Of a stretch of DNA of 64,000 nt, positions 45,872 through 53,988 are shown one piece after another. The notes beneath the pieces were generated by a model. The model saw only the letters and a list, made by a program, of their open reading frames with translations, did no database searches and was not told the origin of the DNA. Origin of the DNA: an uncultured Chlamydiales bacterium (lineage in GTDB: Bacteria; Chlamydiota; Chlamydiia; Chlamydiales; JAAKFR01); contig CAWHVD010000001.1 of the NCBI GenBank assembly GCA_963832835.1, forward strand, positions 1,160,536 through 1,224,535, written 5' to 3'. Both the position numbers and the translations under genes were made by a program. Every line of letters starts with the position of its first letter. The first letter of the stretch is position 1.

Positions 45872-47184
45872 GGTGTTTCTTCATTTTTGAGGGGTGTGAT
45901 ACGCACTTTTTCGACACTGCGCTCAGATGAACTCAAAATTTCCAAGTCGAAATCTTCGTGGTGGATCTTCAAACCTTTATGCGGTATGGCACCTACCTTA
46001 TGAAAAACATAACCTCCGATTGTATCGTATTCCCCGTCTTGGGGGATATGGATGTCAAAGGTCTCTTCAGCATCAAGGATTGTCATGCGGGCATCCACAA
46101 TCCAGCCTCCACCACCGGGCTGAGTTGTATACAGCTGCTGTTCATCGATATCGTACTCATCGGCAATGTCTCCAACAATTTCCTCGAGAATATCTTCCAT
46201 CGTGACTACCCCTTCGGTACCACCATATTCATCGACAACAATAGCCATGTGCATCTGTTTGGAACGAAACTCTTGCAACAGTTGAGCTACTTTTTTGGTT
46301 TCGGGGGTATAAAAAACTCCCTTCGTAATCGATTCGATCGGGGCGTTTGTCTGAGCGCTGTCTTTTTTGCCTCCTAAGCAATCCATGTAGAGCTGGAGAA
46401 TATCTTTAAACATTAAAACGCCAATAATGTTGTCCACGGTATCACGGTAAACAGGTACCCTGCTGTATCCTTCACTAGTCAGCTCTTTGGCGGCATCCTG
46501 GATCTCTGTATCGGCTGGCAACATAAACAAGTCGACGCGTGGAACCATCACTTCGCGCACGATGCGGTCCTTAAATTTAACGACCGATTCGATCAATTTT
46601 TTATCGGAATGGTTGAGTTGGCCTTGCACATCGGCATCATGCAGGATTTGCACGATAGTCTCCTTCATTTCCTCCACCGGGTCTCCCCAACTCTGGTCCT
46701 TACGTGCCTTGGTGGCTATTTCGGCCAATTTTAAGAATACAAATGAGATAGGAAAGGAAAGATAAAGAAACAAGGAAGCAAAGGGCAAAGAGGCCGCTAG
46801 CGCCTGATCTGAAGCCCAAATGGCCCAAAAGCGTGGAAAAAAATCACCGATCAATAATACCAGAAAAAGTAAAACGACCAAGATTCCGATCAGCGCTGTG
46901 GTAGTCTCAGGGCTATAAAAATACAGGCCAATGGCTGCACAAACGACATATCCTAAGCGGGCCAAATTTTCACTTAGGGTGGCTGCAAAAACGAGCAATT
47001 CGAAGCGCCAAGCTTTATTGAATAAGCGATGTAGCGGAGCATAAAAGAACCGGATCGGATATTTCTTGATGATTTCCAGCGAACGCGACTTTCCAAGACG
47101 CGTAAGAGAATGAGTCACGGTTGTCAAAAAGAACGACCAGATCAAAAAGAAGAGACAAAGTAAAATTGAACCAGTGAGTGCCAC
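45868..47184 (-). CDS. DUF21-CBS-CorC/HlyC family protein (TlyC-like)
   Basis: It has an N-terminal 4-TM DUF21, a tandem CBS pair and a C-terminal CorC_HlyC transporter-associated domain. An ATGA-type overlap links it to rny. Confidence 0.85.
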   Translation of the reverse strand: MALTGSILLCLFFLIWSFFLTTVTHSLTRLGKSRSLEIIKKYPIRFFYAPLHRLFNKAWRFELLVFAATLSENLARLGYVVCAAIGLYFYSPETTTALIGILVVLLFLVLLIGDFFPRFWAIWASDQALAASLPFASLFLYLSFPISFVFLKLAEIATKARKDQSWGDPVEEMKETIVQILHDADVQGQLNHSDKKLIESVVKFKDRIVREVMVPRVDLFMLPADTEIQDAAKELTSEGYSRVPVYRDTVDNIIGVLMFKDILQLYMDCLGGKKDSAQTNAPIESITKGVFYTPETKKVAQLLQEFRSKQMHMAIVVDEYGGTEGVVTMEDILEEIVGDIADEYDIDEQQLYTTQPGGGGWIVDARMTILDAEETFDIHIPQDGEYDTIGGYVFHKVGAIPHKGLKIHHEDFDLEILSSSERSVEKVRITPLKNEETP

Positions 47185-47283
47185 CCTTTTCCCAACGTGC
47201 TTTTCGCAAAAGATTATTATAGTGAATATTAAGGTACTACGTCAATTTGTATTCATATTTTCAGTTGGATAGAGATTGAAACA

Positions 47284-47315
47284 CAGAGGCACTGAGAAGC
47301 AGAGGCACTGAGAAG
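47284..47315. repeat. 16-bp exact tandem duplication CAGAGGCACTGAGAAG x2
   Basis: Units lie at 47284-47299 and 47300-47315, about 100 nt upstream of the CBS-protein gene. Confidence 0.8.
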
Positions 47316-47363
47316 AATTTATACCAATCCGCAAAAATAACACTGCAAATTAGGGCTGTCTAA

Positions 47364-47524
47364 TACCATTTCCAAAAAATAAAGTCACAAATTGGCACTG
47401 TATAACACGCCATTTTTGAACGATCCTTTCTCGCTTAGGTGCAAAAACATAGGCTTCGAAACGACCATCCAAATCTGTCATGTTACCCAGCGCCACTTCA
47501 TGGCTTTATTTTCCGGAAATGGTA
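47364..47524 (-). mobile_element. MITE copy E (161 bp)
   Basis: It has full TIRs and is flanked by TAA (47361-47363) and TCA (47525-47527). Its right end supplies the last codons and the stop of dus. Confidence 0.9.
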
Positions 47525-48498
47525 TCAGTCCAAGTAGATTGTAGGATGGGGATTGCATAGTCCAGCAGAGCTTCTGGTGTTGGCAAAGAAGAGGTCAAAA
47601 GATCTTGTCTTTTTGCGTGCAACTCTGGGCTGCCTTTAAAAAACAGACCTAGAAGCTGTTTGAGCTTACTCACACGTAATTTAGGTCTTGCTGAGAGGGG
47701 AATTGAGTTGACGTACATGTGCAAGTAACTCATCAATTCCTCCCATTGGGGTTGGTAGGATTTGCCTGAGAAATGGGCGCGGATTTGATGAAAAATGAAG
47801 GGGTTCATGACACTTCCCCGTCCAATCATGAGTGCATCACAATTTGTATTACGGAGCATGTCGAGTGCATTTTGGACAGACACGATGTCGCCATTGCCCA
47901 CAACAGGTATCTTAAGCAAAGCTTTGGCAAGCGCGATGAATTCCCACTTAGCTGGAGGACCATAGCCATCGATTTTAGTTCGGGGATGGAGAGTAATGTA
48001 ACGGACACCGCTTTCTTGGGCGGCCAGAACATTTTCTTTGAAAAGGGAAGTGTCTGCGTATCCCGAGCGCATTTTCATCGTGACAGGAATCGAGACTGAT
48101 TGCACTACAGCTTTGGCGACTTCCAATAGAAAATCGGGGCTCTTTAAAAGGCTTGACCCTGCGCCGCGTCCTGTGACCGTATTAGATGGACATCCACAGT
48201 TGATGTCGATGCGAGGGGCCCCAAGGCGGGCTAGCTCTTGGGCCATTTCAGCCATTAGTTCAGGGTCAGAGCCCATGATTTGAGCTGCCAATGGAATGGG
48301 CGCTAACTCATCACAATGGTAGCCCTTCGCTAAGCTCTTCACATGCGCGTTTGAGGGAACCCGCAAAAAATCCCTGACAGCCTCGTCAAATCCTGCTATT
48401 GATCCGATCGCTTTACGAAAACAGGTGTCCCCGATCCCCTCCATAGGGGCTAGTTGCAAATAAGGACAACCTGATGGGTCTCGAGGCAAAATACACAC
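47506..48498 (-). CDS. tRNA-dihydrouridine synthase (Dus family)
   Basis: The FMN TIM barrel has LAPMEGIGD and the catalytic DINCGCP. The C-terminal residues DTISGK and the stop are encoded by MITE copy E. Confidence 0.85.
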   Translation of the reverse strand: MCILPRDPSGCPYLQLAPMEGIGDTCFRKAIGSIAGFDEAVRDFLRVPSNAHVKSLAKGYHCDELAPIPLAAQIMGSDPELMAEMAQELARLGAPRIDINCGCPSNTVTGRGAGSSLLKSPDFLLEVAKAVVQSVSIPVTMKMRSGYADTSLFKENVLAAQESGVRYITLHPRTKIDGYGPPAKWEFIALAKALLKIPVVGNGDIVSVQNALDMLRNTNCDALMIGRGSVMNPFIFHQIRAHFSGKSYQPQWEELMSYLHMYVNSIPLSARPKLRVSKLKQLLGLFFKGSPELHAKRQDLLTSSLPTPEALLDYAIPILQSTWTDTISGK

Positions 48499-48606
48499 GC
48501 AAACAGGATACTACAGGACAAGATTAGCCGGTAGAACAGAGCTCGCCCAACTGCGGGAACTTTCACGTAGTTTGAGATGCGGAAATTATTCCTTGATGAG
48601 TCCTTA

Positions 48607-48767
48607 TACCATTTCCAGAAAATAAAGTTACAAATTGGCACTGTATAACACGCTATTTTTGAACGATCCTTTTTCGCTTAGGTGCAAAAACATAGGCTTC
48701 GAAACGATCATCCAAATCTGTCATGTTACCCAGCACCACTTCATGACTTTATTTTCTGGAAATGGTA
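48607..48767 (-). mobile_element. MITE copy F (161 bp)
   Basis: It has full TIRs and TTA duplications at 48604-48606 and 48768-48770. The right one is the TAA stop codon of the DUF2147 gene on the minus strand. Confidence 0.9.
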
Positions 48768-49277
48768 TTAGTGGATAGAGGCTGGAGTGAGTTGATACAA
48801 ATCGAGTTTTTGAAACCGAGTATTGAAGTTCTGCTCGGGAAAGGGGAAAAGCACTTCATTCTTACCGAACATCATGAACTCACCGCGGAGCACCAGATTT
48901 TCTCTCTCAACCCAGAGTTTAGCAGAGTAGACTTTACCGCTACGTGGATCGACTACATGTCCCTTGGCAGGCTCTCGACCTGACGCTGGAGATACCCAGA
49001 TAATATCCAGGCCGCAATAATAAGGCTGCCCCTGAATGCCTGTTGCTCGGCTCCGTGGCTGATAAATCGTTTCGTCTAAATTACCTTGTTTATCGAAATT
49101 CGCCACAATTTTGCCGTAAATTTTTCCCTGGTAGGGATAAACCGCAACGACTGAAGTGGGTAAATGCGTTTGATTATCAACTGTTTGCCAAAAACCATAG
49201 AGGTTGTTGGCGCAAACACTTGAATAAGAGCAAACAAAAATCGCAAATGTCAAATACAATAATTTAAAATAAGACAT
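48768..49277 (-). CDS. DUF2147-domain secreted protein
   Basis: It has a signal peptide. GFWQTVDN...GKIYGKIV...DPRSGKVYSAKLWVERENLVLRG is typical of DUF2147. Confidence 0.7.
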   Translation of the reverse strand: MSYFKLLYLTFAIFVCSYSSVCANNLYGFWQTVDNQTHLPTSVVAVYPYQGKIYGKIVANFDKQGNLDETIYQPRSRATGIQGQPYYCGLDIIWVSPASGREPAKGHVVDPRSGKVYSAKLWVERENLVLRGEFMMFGKNEVLFPFPEQNFNTRFQKLDLYQLTPASIH

Positions 49278-49445
49278 GGTTTGGTTATATTTTGTTTCAA
49301 AACCTGTCGCTTGTCAATAATTATTTATTATAAAAATGAGATTTTATGATCTTTTTGACTACTCGAGAGAACTTTGGGTTGGTGAAAATGTAAGAATCAA
49401 TTATAAGTGTTTAAAAGTAAGATAAAATGAGCGAAAGAGGTTAAG

Positions 49446-50618
49446 TTGGAAAAAGTAAAAGCTTCAGGCAAGGGTTCTAATTTTAATTGGGGACCCGTCG
49501 TATTCCTTGCTGGATATCATCTCTTAATGCTCTTGTTACTTCCTGTCTATCTACTCTACTTTACCCCCTCTTGGGGGATCCTCGTCACTTCTGTTGTGCT
49601 GCTCTACCTAACTGGTTTGAGCATTGCTGCTGGCTACCATCGTCTGTTTTGCCATTCCACATTCAAAGCTAATCCTATTTTTGAATACCTACTTCTTTTC
49701 TTTGGCACAATGGCCACACAGGGAAGCGCGATCCGCTGGTCATTTGATCATCGTTATCACCACGCTTTTGTTGATACGGATCGCGATCCCTACTCAATCA
49801 AGAAGGGTTTTTGGTATGCACACTTTGGGTGGATCCTGGAAAAACCCAAACCTATTGAAGATAAAGTAGTGGCAGACCTGTTACGCAAGCCGCAATACCG
49901 TTTCCAACACAAGTACTACGAAGTGCTGATGTTTAGTACAAATGTTTTGGTGACACTTTTTATCGGGTGGTGCTTTTCTGATTATTTCGGCGCTTTTCTT
50001 TTTACCTGGCTGATCAGGCTATTTTTTCTGCACCACTTCACTTGGTTTATCAATTCGCTTGCCCACACGTGGGGAGCACATACCTTTTGCCAGGAGCTTT
50101 CTGCTGTCGATAATTTTCTGATCTCTCTGGTGACTTTTGGTGAAGGATACCACAATTATCACCACGCCTTTGCTTATGATTACCGCAACGGTGTGAGATG
50201 GTATCACTTTGACCCAGCTAAATGGCTAATTTGGTTTATGAGCAAAATCGGCTTGGCATACAAATTAAAGAAGAATCACAGGTATTTTATTGAAGAACAA
50301 ATCCTTCTCGACAGAAAGAAGCTTTTGCTCAACACAATCCAAGCTTCCTTTGACTCTCATAAAGAGATCCTAACGGAAAAGGTAACCCAACTTTCCGAAA
50401 ATATACAAGCCAAATTGTCTCGTCTTAAGCAACTTTGTGACAATTACTTGCTGTTGAAGAAGGAAAAACAGGTTGAAAGAAGCCGATTAAAGGCCATGCA
50501 TGCTGAAATCAAAGAGGCTAAAAAAAGGCTCAAAGAAGAATATCATCATTGGACCTCAATGTCTCGTCAGTTGCGCTCAAAGTCAAGGCGCAAAGACATA
50601 GAGAGTATGGCCTCCTAA
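49446..50618 (+). CDS. acyl-CoA (stearoyl-CoA delta-9 type) fatty-acid desaturase with a C-terminal coiled-coil tail
   Basis: The three His boxes are HRLFCH, HRYHH and HNYHH. It has four TM segments. The TTG start follows an AAGAGG RBS. A Lys/Glu-rich C-terminal extension of about 100 aa follows. Confidence 0.85.
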   Translation: MEKVKASGKGSNFNWGPVVFLAGYHLLMLLLLPVYLLYFTPSWGILVTSVVLLYLTGLSIAAGYHRLFCHSTFKANPIFEYLLLFFGTMATQGSAIRWSFDHRYHHAFVDTDRDPYSIKKGFWYAHFGWILEKPKPIEDKVVADLLRKPQYRFQHKYYEVLMFSTNVLVTLFIGWCFSDYFGAFLFTWLIRLFFLHHFTWFINSLAHTWGAHTFCQELSAVDNFLISLVTFGEGYHNYHHAFAYDYRNGVRWYHFDPAKWLIWFMSKIGLAYKLKKNHRYFIEEQILLDRKKLLLNTIQASFDSHKEILTEKVTQLSENIQAKLSRLKQLCDNYLLLKKEKQVERSRLKAMHAEIKEAKKRLKEEYHHWTSMSRQLRSKSRRKDIESMAS

Positions 50619-50624
50619 GCGCCC

Positions 50625-50885
50625 ATGACGCATTGGGAAGTGTATATGATCCGCAGTTCATCGGGTAAGCTTTATACAGGCATTACAAATCATCTGGAAC
50701 GACGCTTCTCAGAGCACCAAAAAGGTGCCCGGGGAGCTCGTTTTTTTTACTTCTCCAAGGCAGAGGCAATTGTATTTCGCGAGACTCATCCAGACCGCTC
50801 TTCAGCCTCTCGTCGCGAAAGCGCCATCAAAAAAATGTCTCGAGCGGAAAAATTGTTACTCATTCAGTCCATATTAGATAAATGA
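50625..50885 (+). CDS. GIY-YIG nuclease-family protein (UPF0213/YhbQ-like)
   Basis: VYMIRSSSGKLYTGITNHLERRFSEHQ carries the GIY-YIG signature. It is 86 aa long. Confidence 0.8.
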   Translation: MTHWEVYMIRSSSGKLYTGITNHLERRFSEHQKGARGARFFYFSKAEAIVFRETHPDRSSASRRESAIKKMSRAEKLLLIQSILDK

Positions 50886-51205
50886 AACAGGAGTGGCTTT
50901 TTCCTGCCTCAATTCTCGATATACCAACCATTGGAGTGGCAAAATCGATTTTGGTGGGTGCTGCCACAGAAGATCTGCCCGATGAGCCTGGTAGCCACAT
51001 CCCTCTTATATGGAAAGGGGAAAAGATCGCTGCTGTGGTGCGTACTAAAAGAAAATGTGCCCCTCTAATCATTTCTGCGGGTCATCGGATTACTCTTAAG
51101 ACGGCTGTTTCCTTAATTTTAAGTTGTCTTAGAGGCTATCGTTTGACAGAACCTACCCGTTTAGCTCATCTTGCCTCTAATGAGATTCGGATCTCCCATA
51201 AATAA
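50882..51205 (+). pseudogene. nfi: 5'-truncated endonuclease V (C-terminal half only)
   Basis: DIPTIGVAKSILVG...LIISAGHRITLKTAV...GYRLTEPTRLAH aligns to the second half of Nfi. The N-terminal ~110-120 aa, which carry the catalytic acidic residues, are absent. Confidence 0.65.
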
Positions 51206-51350
51206 GAGATCCTAGCGCAAAGAATGAGCGTACATTGGTCGGATTCTTCAATGTTGGTTAAGACTCTCTAATTAAAATTATTTTTGATGCTGTATTAAAT
51301 ATATAATAATTGTATAAAACATGTTTTAACAAAAAAAAATATGAGCATTT

Positions 51351-53210
51351 ATGTTTCAATCTGTTTCTTCATCAAATTACCTTGAGCCCCCTACCCCACC
51401 CAGTCGTGATACAAGCCCTACTATGCCACCGCGTACTCCAATCATTCCAGAGGGTTATTTACCTTTTTCCGAATTTGACAAGCTATTTGATTTAGCAGAT
51501 GTAACGACTGAAATGGACAACCCCGATACCTTGAAATTGAGTGAGGTTATGTGCGCAGCCGGTGGATTGTCCAAAGGACTTGAAATGCTTTTGTCTCAGG
51601 AAGTACCTGTTGTTGAAGCTTTTCGAAAGTTTTCAAGTATTTTTGGTCCGATTGCACTTTCATTGGCAGAAAAAGCAGCGAAGGGGGGACGCATTTTTTT
51701 TGTGGGTGTGGGCTCAAGCGGACGCCTAGCACTTGATTTAGCCGCCAAAGTGATATCTGTTGATCCGAACTTTAAATGTATGGGAATTACCGGAGGGGGA
51801 GATTTCGCTTTGATTCTTGCCAGAGAGACGTTTGAAGATTCTATTAATGAAGGTGAAGCTGCCGCAAAAAAATTAGAATTAACGGATTTGGATACTATTT
51901 TTTTGCTTTCATCAAGTGGATCAACCACATTCAATGTTGGATTTGGACATATAGCTGCTAATAAGAACTGTAAGGTTTACTATTTTTATAATAGTATTTC
52001 AATACCCGACAGAACTCAGGCTCTTTTCAAACGCCCGGTTAACCCTGTAGAACCTCTTCTGTTAGATATAGGGCCACCCGCAATTTCAGGGTCGACTCGT
52101 CTACAAGGGTATAGTGTAGCCCGCATGTGTTTCTCTTATCTTTTAGGACAAACGCTGATTCAATGCGGGAACTCCATAGATCCCAACGAGATTTCCGTAG
52201 ATGCGCTCTGCACAAAACTTTTGTATGCAATTAAGAAAATTAGAAAAAAGATTCATGATCTGAAAAGGATTGTTCAAGCAGAAAGTACAGTGTTCATCAG
52301 TCCCCAATCTAACTTTCGACGAGTTCAAGATGAGACAAAGGCTGGATATATAACTTATTTAGGCACCGAACGTACTGTGAGGGAGGCTCTTATTGATGCC
52401 GTGGAAATCCCTCCGACTTTTTCCTTAAGTCCTTATAGAAGGGAAGGTAAAGGTTGTGGAAAAATGCCTGAGTATCAGGCATTCCTAGTAGGTGTTGATA
52501 ACGAAGAGGCCTGGAACGTGGTTTTGGGAAGGAAAATCCTCTTTGGCGAGGAATGGGCAAGTACTTCAGAGTTTCTCCTCTCGGCAACAGCTCAGGGCAT
52601 TGAAAGTTTTGATAACCGCCCTCAAGGCCCTGGAAATTGTGTCATCGGTGTGGAATTCTTACGCATGGAGGGTAAAATTTCTACGCACCTTACTCAGGCT
52701 CTCACCAAGGCTAAGAAGAAAGGGGCTGAAACCATTTTGTTTGTCATTTCAGAAGATAAACAGGAAGAGTTATTTCCAAATTATGAGTCATTTTGCTCGC
52801 AATTGGTGGTGATCGATGGGATTAAAGATGATCCTTTAGGACTCACATCTAGCCAAGCGTTGAAAATGGCGTTGAATCTATTTTCTAATGCCACCATGAC
52901 TGTATTGGGAAAAGTATTTTGTGGCCGGATGATAGATGTACGCACTTCAAATAATAAACTTATTGATCGTTGCATACGCAATATTTGTTACGTGTGGCGC
53001 ATCAGCAACCCCTCAGCATCGAGCTTGTCACGCGAAAACCTATATGGACTTGTGATCGAAGCGTATGAACGAGAGAAGGAAGCGAATCTTATGGGTAAGT
53101 ATACTCCTTCTCCGCTGAAAGTTGTATTTACGATGCTTCAAAAGAAATGCAATTATCCACGAGCAATTATCTATTTACAAGATGTTCAAGAAAATATTGG
53201 GCTTTTATAA
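51351..53210 (+). CDS. GCKR/MurQ-family double-SIS protein (619 aa)
   Basis: It has the TEMDNPDT motif and the SIS motifs GGRIFFVGVGSSGRLALDLAAK and ISGSTRLQGYSV. A second degenerate SIS-like half follows. At 619 aa it is about twice the ~300 aa recalled for bacterial MurQ. Confidence 0.6.
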   Translation: MFQSVSSSNYLEPPTPPSRDTSPTMPPRTPIIPEGYLPFSEFDKLFDLADVTTEMDNPDTLKLSEVMCAAGGLSKGLEMLLSQEVPVVEAFRKFSSIFGPIALSLAEKAAKGGRIFFVGVGSSGRLALDLAAKVISVDPNFKCMGITGGGDFALILARETFEDSINEGEAAAKKLELTDLDTIFLLSSSGSTTFNVGFGHIAANKNCKVYYFYNSISIPDRTQALFKRPVNPVEPLLLDIGPPAISGSTRLQGYSVARMCFSYLLGQTLIQCGNSIDPNEISVDALCTKLLYAIKKIRKKIHDLKRIVQAESTVFISPQSNFRRVQDETKAGYITYLGTERTVREALIDAVEIPPTFSLSPYRREGKGCGKMPEYQAFLVGVDNEEAWNVVLGRKILFGEEWASTSEFLLSATAQGIESFDNRPQGPGNCVIGVEFLRMEGKISTHLTQALTKAKKKGAETILFVISEDKQEELFPNYESFCSQLVVIDGIKDDPLGLTSSQALKMALNLFSNATMTVLGKVFCGRMIDVRTSNNKLIDRCIRNICYVWRISNPSASSLSRENLYGLVIEAYEREKEANLMGKYTPSPLKVVFTMLQKKCNYPRAIIYLQDVQENIGLL

Positions 53211-53236
53211 TGTGCAAAATTGGGAGATTATGATTC

Positions 53237-53665
53237 TCACAACGCCTTTCGTAAAAAGAACATTTTTGCGCCCTTTTCAAAACCTTCTCGTGTAAATTCG
53301 ATGCTGTATCCCAGATTCTGGTAGAAGGGCAATGCTTGCCAATCCATCGTGTTCACAGTTGCAAAAGAACAACCCCTATCTCTTCCGATCATTTCTGCTT
53401 GCCTCATCAATAGGGTTCCCCATCCCTGCCCTCTCAAATGCGGTTCAATCCACAGCATATCGACGTAAAGGTTACCAAAGAGACTAACCCCGGTAGCCCC
53501 TCCTCCAATGACTTTACGGTCATGGTTTCTAAGCTCTACTGAAAATGGCTTGATAGGTTGCATCTTCTTCAGCAAATCAGCCTGCACATTAATACCATCA
53601 AACAACAGTTTTTCCAATTCAGGATCGATCGAATCATGAGAAATGAGTGCATAATCACTGGTCAT
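53237..53665 (-). CDS. GNAT-family N-acetyltransferase
   Basis: The acetyl-CoA motif is LRGQGWGTLLMRQAE. The start is taken at MTSDYAL (CAT at 53663-53665). The longer ORF runs into MITE copy G. Confidence 0.8.
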   Translation of the reverse strand: MTSDYALISHDSIDPELEKLLFDGINVQADLLKKMQPIKPFSVELRNHDRKVIGGGATGVSLFGNLYVDMLWIEPHLRGQGWGTLLMRQAEMIGRDRGCSFATVNTMDWQALPFYQNLGYSIEFTREGFEKGAKMFFLRKAL

Positions 53666-53688
53666 CTTGCCTCCTTTAGAACATCTAA

Positions 53689-53848
53689 TACATTTCCAGA
53701 AAATAAAGTCACAAATTGGCACTGTATAACACGCCATTTTTGAACGATCCTTTCTCGCTTAGGTGCAAAAACATAGGATTCGAAACGATCATCCAAATCT
53801 GTCATGTTACCCAGTACCACTTCATGGCTTTACTTTCTGGAAATGGTA
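53689..53848 (-). mobile_element. MITE copy G (160 bp)
   Basis: It has TIRs (the left TIR lacks one C) and TAA duplications at 53686-53688 and 53849-53851. It lies 23 bp upstream of the GNAT start codon. Confidence 0.9.
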
Positions 53849-53988
53849 TAATTGAAGATACCCAGTAGCATACCTGTTATAGTACTCTCCTGGCATCTAA
53901 AAAGTTTTCCTTAAAAATGGGGTTTGTTGGTGCTGCACTTTTGGCTGGCAAAGATTTAAAAACTATTGCATAGGCATCAATAGATAGG

